Part shown: one piece after another, positions 26,785-35,504 of the stretch | Layout of the letters: every line of letters starts with the position of its first letter | Numbering within the stretch: position 1 is the stretch's first letter | DNA from: an uncultured bacterium | GTDB taxonomy: Bacteria > Planctomycetota > UBA1135 > UBA2386 | Direction of reading: 5' to 3' | Assembly: GCA_937906475.1 (NCBI GenBank) | Contig: CALCZA010000114.1 | Span: 16,024 to 80,023 of the forward strand | DNA: 64,000 nucleotides | The notes under the pieces: generated by a model | Told to the model about the DNA's origin: nothing | What the model saw: only the letters and a program-made list of their open reading frames with translations | Database searches by the model: none | Translations under genes and position numbers: made by a program

Positions 26785-27872
26785 AGCTCGCTGCGCGATT
26801 GAGCAAGACAGGAGTGCGCGGGGCTGGCCCGCTGCTCGGGTTGCTCGTGACCTGGGGACTGTTCGCCATTCTGGCTGGCGGCAACTTCACGAGTTGGTCC
26901 AACCAAGAACTGATGCTGCTGCAGACCGCGGTAGTCGGAACCGCTGCGGTGGGTGCTACGTGGATCATCGTCAGTGGCGGTATCGACTTATCGGTCGGCG
27001 CCAATATCGCGCTGTCGGCGATGGTCGGTTCGATGGTGATGCAAGAGGGCCATGGCTTCTGGCTGGCGGCACTCGCGACGGTGCTGAGCGGTTGCCTCGT
27101 CGGTTGGCTGATTGGCGCGCTGGTGATCGGTGCGTTGCTGCGCGTCTTGCTCACTGCAGCCGCGGGTGGGCTTGTTGTCTGGGGCACTGTGGGCATGGGG
27201 TCGCTGTGGTCCTTGTTGCTCGGCACCGGAGTCGGTGCGGCTGTCTGGCTGGCGACGGCTCGCATCCGTCAGGCCTTGCCACTGTCGCCGTTCATTGTGA
27301 CGCTTGGCCTGTGGGGGGCACTGCGCGGGATCGCGAAGGGACTCGGCGATAACCAGCCGATCTACTTTGAATCGGACGAAACGCTCAATGCGTTAATGGA
27401 ACCAGAAGGCCTGCTGCCGCCCGGCGTCTGGGTCTTATTGATCGTCGCGATCGTTGCGTCCTTGTTGTTGCGGCGGTCGGTGTTTGGTCGCCATGTCGTC
27501 GCGCTAGGTTCGAGTCGCGAAACCGCGCGCTTGTGCGGCATCAACCTGCCTAAGACCGAACTGCGCGTCTATGTGCTCGGCTGCGCCTGTGCCGGCATCG
27601 CTGCGGTCATGCAGATGTCGTATCTGCAGATGGGCGACCCGACGACTGGTCAGGGCTTCGAACTCAAGGCGATCGCCGCTGCCGTCATTGGCGGCGCCTC
27701 GCTGGCCGGCGGCGAAGGCGCGATTGTTGGCACGCTGCTCGGTGCTTTGATCATGACCGTGGTCGACAACGGTTGCACCAAGGTCGGCCTCGAGAACTGG
27801 GTGCAGGAAGTCGTGACCGGTGTGATCATCGTTGCCGCCGTCGCGCTCGATCGCTGGCGGCAGTCGAAGTAG
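26781..27872 (+). CDS. sugar ABC transporter permease (RbsC-like)
   Basis: ORF 26742..27872, with ATG 26781 (MKLAARLSK) overlapping the ATPase stop as ATGA. Polytopic, with the motif TGGIDLSVGA-like sequence SGGIDLSVGAN. Confidence 0.85.
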   Translation: MKLAARLSKTGVRGAGPLLGLLVTWGLFAILAGGNFTSWSNQELMLLQTAVVGTAAVGATWIIVSGGIDLSVGANIALSAMVGSMVMQEGHGFWLAALATVLSGCLVGWLIGALVIGALLRVLLTAAAGGLVVWGTVGMGSLWSLLLGTGVGAAVWLATARIRQALPLSPFIVTLGLWGALRGIAKGLGDNQPIYFESDETLNALMEPEGLLPPGVWVLLIVAIVASLLLRRSVFGRHVVALGSSRETARLCGINLPKTELRVYVLGCACAGIAAVMQMSYLQMGDPTTGQGFELKAIAAAVIGGASLAGGEGAIVGTLLGALIMTVVDNGCTKVGLENWVQEVVTGVIIVAAVALDRWRQSK

Positions 27873-27940
27873 CGGGCGTTGCTGGGGTCGCGCGAACGCG
27901 ATGGTCGAAGCGAAGGTGCCTCGCCGTTACGCTCGATGCT

Positions 27941-29467
27941 GTGCGCGCACTCCCTCTCCTGGTGTTCGGCCTTGCTGCAGTAACGTGCAGCGGGCCTCCC
28001 GTGTCATCCTCGTCATCGCGCATCATGCGCTTGCCGAACATCGTCATCCTGTATGCCGATGACCTCGGTTATGGCGATGTCGGTTGCTACAACGAGCATT
28101 CGAAGATCCCGACGCCGCATCTCGACCAACTGGCGCGTCAGGGTATGCGATTTACAGATGGGCACTCTTCGTCCGGAATCTGCACGCCGTCGCGCTACGC
28201 GCTTCTGACCGGTCGGCATCACTGGCGCAAGTTCCATGGCATCGTGCAGGCGTTTGGGCCTTCGGTCTTCGACGATGCACGTCTGACGATGCCGGAGATG
28301 TTGCAGCGACGTGGCTACCGCACGGCATGCATTGGCAAGTGGCATCTTGGCTGGGATTGGAGCGGCGCGAAGAAGCAAGGTGCCAAGCAGCAGCAGGGCA
28401 AGGGCTTCGCGGCGGACCAGTTCGATTGGAGTCAACCCGTTCCGGATGGGCCGCTGGCGCACGGTTTCGACTACTACTTCGGCGACGACGTCCCGAACTT
28501 CCCGCCATACACGTGGATCGAGAACGATCATGTGGTGACGGCACCGACCGTGCCCTACGTGGCAAGTCCGAAGCCGCCGGAAGGCAGTCACGAAGGCCGG
28601 CCCGGTCCGATGGCCGAAGGTTGGCAGTTGGACGCGGTGATGCCGGAGTTGACGCGGCGCGCGGTTTCGTATGTGCACGGGCAGAAGGATGCGGACCAAC
28701 CGTTCTTCCTCTACGTGCCGTTCACGTCACCGCACGCGCCGATCGTTCCTGCGCCGTCGCATGTTGGTAGCAGCGAGGCGGGGCCGTATGGCGACTTCGT
28801 GGCGCAGACCGATGCAACGGTTGGTGCGGTGCTGCAGGCGCTCGAGGACGCGGGCTTGGCCGACGATACGTTGGTTGTGTTCACGTCGGACAACGGCCCG
28901 GAGCACTACGCCTACGAGCGCATGCGCAAGTTCGATCACAATAGCTCCGGCGGGTTGCGTGGCTTGAAGCGCGATGTTTGGGAGGGCGGCCATCGGGTGC
29001 CGATGATCGTGCGCTGGCCGGATGTTGTCGAGGCGAACCAGACTAGTGATGCGCTAGTGGGGCAGGTCGACTTGATGGCGACGATGGCGAGCCTGGTTGG
29101 GTTCGAACTGCCGCAGGATCAGGCCGAAGACAGTTTCAACCTGATGCCGCTGTGGTTGGACGAAGTTGACCGTGTGCGCGACTTCCTGGTGCACAACACG
29201 TCCGCCAAAAAGTGGGGGATTCGCCGCGGTAAATGGCTGCTGATCGATCACCAGGATGGCACTCATACTCGCGTGCCGAAGTGGTTGCGCGAGCGCTACC
29301 CAGCCAACGATCAGGGCGTGATGCTGTGTGACTTGGAGAAAGATCTCGAACAGAAGGTCAACCTCGCCGGACAGCACCCCGACGTGGTCGTCGAGTTGCG
29401 AGTATTGCTTACGGATGTGCGCGAACGGGGCCACAGTGCGCCGCGGTTGGCGCCGGAGACGAACTAA
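27941..29467 (+). CDS. Cys-type (formylglycine) sulfatase
   Basis: ORF 27773..29467, with a probable start at GTG 27941 (VRALPLLVFGLAAV, a signal peptide). Sulfatase signature: NIVILYADDLGYGD...SSGICTPSRYALLTGR (CxPxR). Confidence 0.85.
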   Translation: MRALPLLVFGLAAVTCSGPPVSSSSSRIMRLPNIVILYADDLGYGDVGCYNEHSKIPTPHLDQLARQGMRFTDGHSSSGICTPSRYALLTGRHHWRKFHGIVQAFGPSVFDDARLTMPEMLQRRGYRTACIGKWHLGWDWSGAKKQGAKQQQGKGFAADQFDWSQPVPDGPLAHGFDYYFGDDVPNFPPYTWIENDHVVTAPTVPYVASPKPPEGSHEGRPGPMAEGWQLDAVMPELTRRAVSYVHGQKDADQPFFLYVPFTSPHAPIVPAPSHVGSSEAGPYGDFVAQTDATVGAVLQALEDAGLADDTLVVFTSDNGPEHYAYERMRKFDHNSSGGLRGLKRDVWEGGHRVPMIVRWPDVVEANQTSDALVGQVDLMATMASLVGFELPQDQAEDSFNLMPLWLDEVDRVRDFLVHNTSAKKWGIRRGKWLLIDHQDGTHTRVPKWLRERYPANDQGVMLCDLEKDLEQKVNLAGQHPDVVVELRVLLTDVRERGHSAPRLAPETN

Positions 29468-30939
29468 TGATGATGCGATTGCTGTGCTTGTTGGCTGGTT
29501 CGTTGTTGGTGGCCAGCGCTACGTCGCAAGACGCCGCGGCCCAAAAACCTAAGCAACTGAACATCCTGTTCTTTTTCGCCGACGACTTGCGTGCCGACAC
29601 CATCGGCGCCTTTGGCGGCAAGCACGTGCATACGCCGAACATCGATGCGCTCGCGGCACGCGGCACCAAGTTCACGCAGATCTACTGCATGGGTTCACGG
29701 CATGGTGCTGTCTGTGCGCCGTCGCGTGCGATGTTGATGTCGGGTCGCATGTTGACCCATGCGCCGGACAACCTGAAGGGCATCAAGACGATGCCGCAGT
29801 ATTTGCGCGACGTCGGCTATGAGACCTTTACTACCGGCAAGTGGCACAACGGCGACGAATCGTTGACACGATCGTTTCCGAATGCGCGCAGTGTTTTCCG
29901 TGGCGGCATGTGCGATCACTTCCAGGTGCCGCTGTGCGACGTGGTCGACGGCAAGATCGTCAACAAGCGCAAGCCCGCGGGCCACTCGACGGAGCACTTC
30001 GCCGATGCCGTGGTCGACTTCCTGAAGCGCCACAAGTCCTCCGGCACCGACAAGCCGTTCTTCGCTTATGTGCCGTTCACGTCGCCGCACGATCCGCGTG
30101 ATCCGCCGCAGCAGTGGCTCGATAAGTTGAAGGACTTGCCGCGCCCCGAGCTACCGAAGAACTTCCGCGGCCAGCATGGCCTCAACCTCGGCAAGATGAC
30201 GATGACCGTGCGCGACGAGAACCTGCTCGGGTGGCCGCGCGATGAACAACTGCTGCGCGACCAGTTGGTCGAATACCGCGCGTTGGTGTCCCATCTCGAT
30301 GCGCAGGTCGGGCGTGTAATCGAAACTCTGGCGAACGCTGGGCTGGAGGAGGACACCTTGATCGTGTTCACCGCCGATCACGGTCTGGCGCTTGGCAGCC
30401 ATGGTTTGCTCGGCAAGCAGAGCCTTTACGAACACTCGATGCGTTCGCCGTGCGTGATCTCGGGCCCGGGGATCCCTGTCGGTGAGTCGCGCAATCAACT
30501 CGCCTACCTGTTCGACCTGACCGCGACGTGTTTGCAGTCGGCAGGCGTTGACGCCGGGGCCGATGTGCACGGCCAGAGTCTGTGGCCGGTGCTGCGCGGT
30601 AAGGGCACGGGGCGCGACGAGTTGCTGTTCTTGTATGCAAAGACGCAGCGCGCACTACGCGTTGGCGACCACAAGCTGATGCGGTTGCCGAAGATTGATC
30701 GCACGCTGCTGTTCAACGTGAAGGCCGATCCCGATGAGCTTCACGATCTGTCGAATCTGCCCGAGATGAAGCAACTGCATGACCAACTCTGCGAGCGCAT
30801 GCGCAGCCTTCAAGAGGAGTGCGACGACCCATTGGCGTGGACAGCCAAAGAGCAACTGCCAGTTGAGATTGACCTGACCGGCAAGCGTTGGCCCGCCGAC
30901 CGTTGGCAACCGCAGTGGATCCAAAAAAAATACTGGTAG
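29467..30939 (+). CDS. Cys-type (formylglycine) sulfatase
   Basis: Signal peptide MMMRLLCLLAGSLLVASATSQ. Motifs are NILFFFADDLR and GAVCAPSRAMLMSGR (CxPxR). The start abuts the upstream stop (TAATG). Confidence 0.85.
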   Translation: MMMRLLCLLAGSLLVASATSQDAAAQKPKQLNILFFFADDLRADTIGAFGGKHVHTPNIDALAARGTKFTQIYCMGSRHGAVCAPSRAMLMSGRMLTHAPDNLKGIKTMPQYLRDVGYETFTTGKWHNGDESLTRSFPNARSVFRGGMCDHFQVPLCDVVDGKIVNKRKPAGHSTEHFADAVVDFLKRHKSSGTDKPFFAYVPFTSPHDPRDPPQQWLDKLKDLPRPELPKNFRGQHGLNLGKMTMTVRDENLLGWPRDEQLLRDQLVEYRALVSHLDAQVGRVIETLANAGLEEDTLIVFTADHGLALGSHGLLGKQSLYEHSMRSPCVISGPGIPVGESRNQLAYLFDLTATCLQSAGVDAGADVHGQSLWPVLRGKGTGRDELLFLYAKTQRALRVGDHKLMRLPKIDRTLLFNVKADPDELHDLSNLPEMKQLHDQLCERMRSLQEECDDPLAWTAKEQLPVEIDLTGKRWPADRWQPQWIQKKYW

Positions 30940-30980
30940 TCGCGAATGTCTAGTCGACGCAGATCTGCCACGTGGCGCGT

Positions 30981-31937
30981 CTACTCGACAATGCGGACCA
31001 CGGCGAATAACGGCAGGTGGTCGCTGCCCACGTGAGGGCCTAGTTGCACTTCGCCAACGGTCAGTTTGCCTGCCACCAGCACGTGGTCGATCGGTATCCG
31101 CAAGAACGACGGCAAGTTCGCCGGCCAGGTCGGCAGCCAGGTGGTCGTCGTGCCGGCTGACAGTCCCGTCTTGGTGCGCAGTTGTTGGAACGGAGCATTC
31201 CATGGGGTTGCGTTGAAGTCGCCGCAGACGATTCGGCGCTCAGGCAAGTTTTCCAGCGCGAGCGGAATGGCGGCCAAGCCACGATTGCGTTCTTCCGTGC
31301 GCGAGAAACTGAATCCCGGCGGGGGTGTGTGCACACCGAGGAATCCGATGGGACCGGATAGTGTTTGCACGACCGCCCGGCATGCCGGTGTCCATGAATG
31401 GCCTAGTTCGATCATCTCGGCGAGCGGCAGGGGGTGCCTGGAGAACAGTGCTGCGCCAAAAGAACCGAATGCCGGCTGCTGGCATCGGTAGGGGAAGTCC
31501 GGCAACTTGCCCGAAAGGAACTTCTGCCAGAGCGGCGTATACTCGGCCATCCAGATCAGGTCAGGAGTTAACTCTCGAACAACTTTCAAGACCTCTTCAT
31601 GTCCTTTAACGTTTCTGTGCAAAAGGTTAAGGCTGAGAACTCTAAATTCTGGGGAGCTCTCCACGGAGTCTTGGAAGTTGTTCTCGACCCGCCATCCGGG
31701 CGCAATTGCCGAGGCGGCTAGCACGGCGAACGCAGCGAGCGTGGCTGCTGACCACCAGTTACGTGCAACCGTAAGTGTGGCGGCGCCGGCAGTGAGCACG
31801 CCGAACGACTGGACCGGAAAGCACGCTAGCAGGTCGATGGTCCAATGCCATCCGGCGCAATGAGGCGCGATGGCGCTGGGCACGGCCAGTGCCGCGAGCG
31901 CGGCGACGATGTTGGTCCAGCGAAGCTTCACCGGCAC
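30981..31937 (-). CDS. membrane-anchored endonuclease/exonuclease/phosphatase (EEP) family protein
   Basis: Hydrophobic N-terminal region of about 90 aa with 3-4 helices. EEP motifs follow: VLSLNLLH, CGDFNATPW, GSDHLPLF. Confidence 0.75.
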   Translation of the reverse strand: MPVKLRWTNIVAALAALAVPSAIAPHCAGWHWTIDLLACFPVQSFGVLTAGAATLTVARNWWSAATLAAFAVLAASAIAPGWRVENNFQDSVESSPEFRVLSLNLLHRNVKGHEEVLKVVRELTPDLIWMAEYTPLWQKFLSGKLPDFPYRCQQPAFGSFGAALFSRHPLPLAEMIELGHSWTPACRAVVQTLSGPIGFLGVHTPPPGFSFSRTEERNRGLAAIPLALENLPERRIVCGDFNATPWNAPFQQLRTKTGLSAGTTTTWLPTWPANLPSFLRIPIDHVLVAGKLTVGEVQLGPHVGSDHLPLFAVVRIVE

Positions 31938-32026
31938 AGGATGCCGTTGTTACGCCGGAGAAGGAAGGCTGAGGTGGCGAGGCGCGGGGTCGCCCGGCAT
32001 CATGTTCGCCCCTATTCGCCCTGCCA

Positions 32027-32299
32027 ATGCCCGAAAGCCCCGCTCCCGAGCCCAAGAACATCCTCCCTGAGATCCGCTCCTTCGTCGCCAACTGGTTTCG
32101 CGACGGCAAAGAGGAGGGACTCGAAGACGACACGCCGCTGGTGACGTCCGGCATGGTCGATTCCGCCGGTGTTATCGAGGTAGTGGAGTTTCTTGAGAAG
32201 CAGTTCCGGGTGTCGGTCAGCGCCAGCGACGTTTCGCTGTCGAACTGCAATACGTTGCGCAGTTTGACCCAGTTGGTGAAGAGCCGCTTGTCGTCCTAG
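32027..32299 (+). CDS. acyl/peptidyl carrier protein (phosphopantetheine-binding), orphan
   Basis: 90 aa with a carrier-protein core, LVTSGMVDSAGVIEVVEFLEKQF (the DS motif Ser for phosphopantetheine attachment). Confidence 0.65.
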   Translation: MPESPAPEPKNILPEIRSFVANWFRDGKEEGLEDDTPLVTSGMVDSAGVIEVVEFLEKQFRVSVSASDVSLSNCNTLRSLTQLVKSRLSS

Positions 32300-32465
32300 A
32301 GTAGGACATGAAATGCGATTCGCGGATGTTCGAGGTGCCGCCAGCCGTGCCCGTTACGCGTCGCCCGGGTGCTGTTCGGTCAAAACGCGGTGATAGAACC
32401 CAGAGCAGCCACTCGAATCCGTCGGGTCAGTCGCTATCTTGTTTGCCCAAAGTCCCAGCCAAAAC

Positions 32466-32642
32466 GTGTCCATCCTCCTACCCATCCTGGTCATCACTGT
32501 GCCTGTCCTCGCGATCGCTCTGCTCGCCATGGGTGGACACATCTTGTCCGGGTCATGTGGTGGGCGAAACCCGGACGGGTCCTGCGGCAAGTGCGGCAGG
32601 GCGGCTGGCGAACCCGAACCCGAGGGTGCGTGCCCGCAGTGA
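32466..32642 (+). CDS. nqrM: (Na+)-NQR maturation protein NqrM-like
   Basis: Small ORF (track 32439..32642, TTG; GTG 32466 also possible). It has one TM helix (ILLPILVITVPVLAIALLAM) followed by SGSCGG...GSCGKCG...GACP, giving four Cys. It sits directly upstream of nqrA. Confidence 0.6.
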   Translation: MSILLPILVITVPVLAIALLAMGGHILSGSCGGRNPDGSCGKCGRAAGEPEPEGACPQ

Positions 32643-32801
32643 TGCGAGTCATGCGACCTCAACCAGTTCTGACTTCGGCAGAGCTGTTCTCCCATTTCGA
32701 CAGATAGCTTCCTTCGGCATTGATTGGCCTGCCTCTTGGCTCGCGTAGCGAGTCGGTTGATTGGTCAGCCAGAGACTCCCTAATCCAGGTCTCAGTCACG
32801 G

Positions 32802-34199
32802 ATGACGACCCACAAGATCAAGAAAGGCCTCGACCTCCCGCTAGCCGGGCGCGCCGAGTTTGTCCTCGCGGACGCAACGGAACCGACGGAAGTCGGTCTC
32901 GAGACCGCGGAGTTCGTTGGCATCAAACCCAAGGTGCTAGTGAAGGAGGGTGACTCGGTGCAGACCGGTCAGCCCATCTTCCTAAACAAACTCGACCGAG
33001 ACATCGTCTGGTCCTCGCCGGTAACCGGCAAGGTCAAGAGCGTTGAGTTTGGCGAGCGTCGCTACCTGCGTCGTGTAGTCATTGAGAACGATGCCGCGAG
33101 GAGTGGGGGAACCGACAGCTTTGTCGATCTGCCCGTTGCTGCTGGTGATCGCGAAGGTGGTGATCGCGAAGGTGGTGATCGCGAAGGTGGTGATCGCGAA
33201 GGTGTTGTCAAGGCGATCAAGGGCGCCGGCCTGTGGCCGCTGTTCCGCCAGCGTCCACTCGGCAAGATGCCGATGGGTGACACCGTGCCGGTTGCGATCT
33301 TTGTCAATGGCATGGACACGGCGCCGCTCGCGGCAGATCCTGCGTTCGCAACGCAAGGCCGCAAGGAAGACCTACAAGCTGGCGTTGGCCTGCTGCAGCA
33401 GTTGACCTCGGGCCCGGTCTACTTGTCGCTGCGCGCGGCGGGGGATAACCAGTCGGACCTTCGCGGCCTCAGTGGCGTCGAAGTGCACGACTTCTCGGGG
33501 CCGCATCCGTCGGGTTTGGTAGGCACGCACATCAGCGAGATCCAACCGCTCAAGAGTGGTGAGATCGCGTACGTGCTTTCGCTCGTCGATGTCGCGCGCC
33601 TCGGTCAATGGCAGCGCACCGGTAAATACCCGGCGCACACGGTTGTCGCCGCTAGCGGCAGCGATGCGCCGGATCGCAAGTACTTCCGCGTTCGTCAGAA
33701 CGCCACCGTGTCGACCTTGACCGGCGGCAATGCGCTGGCCGGTGACCATCGCATCATCAACGGCAACGTGCTCAACGGCTATGTCGTCGCGCCAACCGGT
33801 TACCTCGGCCTCTGCAACAAGACGCTAACGATCATTCCCGAGGGAACCGACAAGCGTGACCTGTTTGGTTGGGCCGTGCCGCAGTTCGGCAAGATGACCA
33901 ACCACGCGAGCGTTAACTTCGGCCTCAAGAAGAAGGAATACGTCGTCGACGCGCGCCTCAACGGCGGCCACCGCCCGATCGTCAACATCGGTTCGTGGGA
34001 GAAGGTGCTGCCGCTCGACATCCTGCCGACCTACTTGGTTCGCGCGATTCAAGCCAACGACATCGAGGAGGCGCTCAAACTCGGCCTGCTCGAATTGACC
34101 GAAGAAGACGTGGCACTTTGCACGTTCGTGGATCCCTGCAAGATCGATGTTGGCGAGATCATTCGCCAAGGTCTCGACATGTATGAGAAGGAGGCCTAA
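32802..34199 (+). CDS. nqrA: Na+-translocating NADH-quinone reductase subunit A
   Basis: N-terminus KIKKGLDLPLAG, then GLWPLFRQRPLGKMP, NGMDTAPLAADP, GPHPSGLVGTHI and LELTEEDVALCTFVDP, collinear with NqrA as I recall it from Vibrio. Confidence 0.92.
   Translation: MTTHKIKKGLDLPLAGRAEFVLADATEPTEVGLETAEFVGIKPKVLVKEGDSVQTGQPIFLNKLDRDIVWSSPVTGKVKSVEFGERRYLRRVVIENDAARSGGTDSFVDLPVAAGDREGGDREGGDREGGDREGVVKAIKGAGLWPLFRQRPLGKMPMGDTVPVAIFVNGMDTAPLAADPAFATQGRKEDLQAGVGLLQQLTSGPVYLSLRAAGDNQSDLRGLSGVEVHDFSGPHPSGLVGTHISEIQPLKSGEIAYVLSLVDVARLGQWQRTGKYPAHTVVAASGSDAPDRKYFRVRQNATVSTLTGGNALAGDHRIINGNVLNGYVVAPTGYLGLCNKTLTIIPEGTDKRDLFGWAVPQFGKMTNHASVNFGLKKKEYVVDARLNGGHRPIVNIGSWEKVLPLDILPTYLVRAIQANDIEEALKLGLLELTEEDVALCTFVDPCKIDVGEIIRQGLDMYEKEA
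33144..33203 (+). repeat. 4 x 15-bp perfect in-frame tandem repeat (ggtgatcgcgaaggt) encoding (GDREG)4 inside nqrA
   Basis: Read directly: four identical units at 33144-58, 33159-73, 33174-88 and 33189-203. Confidence 0.95.
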
Positions 34200-34202
34200 G
34201 CC

Positions 34203-35504
34203 GTGCAGTTCCTACGCAATCTAGTCGACAAGCAGCGCAAGCTGTATCACCAGAAGGACAGCAAGTTCCACAAGGTGTGGCCGCTGTTCGACGCGATGGA
34301 GACGTTCCTGTTCGCGCCGGACTTCCGCGCCGGCAAGAAGGGTGTTCACGTTCGTGACTACGTCGACCTGAAGCGGGTCATGAACAGCGTCATCCTCGCG
34401 ATGGTGCCGTGTCTGCTTTGGGCCTTCTGGAACACGGGTGTCCAGCACTTCGCTGCGGTCGCGCAATTGATGGGCGACGGCAAGATGGCCGCTGGCGACT
34501 ACGTCACCGGTTGGCTGCAAGGCTTGCTCGGTGCGCCGGACCTCACTGTTGAGGGAGTCAGTTCCTTCGACACCATCGTCTTCGGTCTCCAGCGCATGCT
34601 GCCGATCGTGATCGTCAGCTATGGCGTCGGTCTCGCGATCGAAGGTTTGTTCTGCATCATCCGCAAGGAGGAAGTCTCAGAAGGCTACCTCGTCTCCGGC
34701 ATGCTGATCGCGCTGATCGTGCCCGCTTCGACGCCGCTCTGGCAGTTGGCGATCGGCGTCGCGTTCGCCGTCGTGCTCGGCAAGGAAGTGTTCGGCGGAA
34801 CCGGCATGAACATCTTCAACCCGGCCATGATGGTGCGGGCGTTCTTGTTCTTCGCGTTCCCCGCGCAGATGTCGGGCGACACCGTTTGGGTCGCCGGCAA
34901 CACGTCGCCGACCGGTGTCCCCGGCAACTTGATCGATGGTTACTCGGAGCCAACTGCGCTGGCGCTGGTCAAGACCGCTGGTGAGAACGCCAGTGAGCTG
35001 TTGGCGACCCATGCGGACGGCATGTATAGCCACGCCAACCTGTTCTTCGGCAACATCCCCGGCAGTGCCGGGGAGATGAGCAAGCTGATGGTGCTGCTTG
35101 GCGCCGCAGTGCTGTTGATCACTGGTGTCGGTAGCTGGCGCGTCATGGTTGCCGGTGTCATCGGCATGCTCGGCGCCGCGTTCGTGGTTCCGATCCTGGC
35201 GGATTGGTCGCACCTGCCGATGAGCGGTGGCATGTATCTCCAGCCATGGGAGCACCTGCTCTGCGGTGGCTTCCTGTTCGGCATCGTCTTCATGGCGACC
35301 GACCCGGTTTCGAGTCCTGAGACGAACATCGGCAAGTGGGTCTACGGCCTGTTGATCGGTGTCTTCACGATCCTCGTCCGCATGATCAACCCGGCGTATC
35401 CGGAAGGAACCATGCTGGCGATCCTGCTCCTGAATGCGTTCGCCCCGACCATCGACCACTTCGTCGTATCCGCCAACATGAAGCGGAGGCTCAAGCGATC
35501 ATGA
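34203..35504 (+). CDS. nqrB: Na+-translocating NADH-quinone reductase subunit B
   Basis: GTG start. Polytopic protein with WPLFDAMETFLFAP and FMATDPVS motifs, in the position after nqrA. Confidence 0.92.
   Translation: MQFLRNLVDKQRKLYHQKDSKFHKVWPLFDAMETFLFAPDFRAGKKGVHVRDYVDLKRVMNSVILAMVPCLLWAFWNTGVQHFAAVAQLMGDGKMAAGDYVTGWLQGLLGAPDLTVEGVSSFDTIVFGLQRMLPIVIVSYGVGLAIEGLFCIIRKEEVSEGYLVSGMLIALIVPASTPLWQLAIGVAFAVVLGKEVFGGTGMNIFNPAMMVRAFLFFAFPAQMSGDTVWVAGNTSPTGVPGNLIDGYSEPTALALVKTAGENASELLATHADGMYSHANLFFGNIPGSAGEMSKLMVLLGAAVLLITGVGSWRVMVAGVIGMLGAAFVVPILADWSHLPMSGGMYLQPWEHLLCGGFLFGIVFMATDPVSSPETNIGKWVYGLLIGVFTILVRMINPAYPEGTMLAILLLNAFAPTIDHFVVSANMKRRLKRS

Noticed and set aside
27773-27940. 56-aa N-terminal extension of the first sulfatase ORF overlapping the permease 3' end.
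   Set aside because: The extension is Arg-rich and precedes the signal-peptide-like segment. GTG 27941 gives a normal exported sulfatase. The exact start remains uncertain.
31561-31680. A roughly 120-nt patch of about 44% GC inside the EEP gene, considered as a possible inserted element or hidden RNA.
   Set aside because: The reading frame is uninterrupted and encodes a plausible linker and start of the EEP domain (..EFRVLSLNLLHRNVKGHEEVLKVV..). There are no repeats or hairpins flanking it. It is noted only as a compositional oddity.
32308-32748. 146-aa and 112-aa plus-strand ORFs (32308..32748 and 32369..32707) overlapping the small nqrM-like ORF.
   Set aside because: They are in different frames with Arg/Ser/Pro-rich products and no hydrophobic or catalytic pattern. 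The 67-aa frame has the TM helix plus four-Cys NqrM pattern and the expected genomic context.
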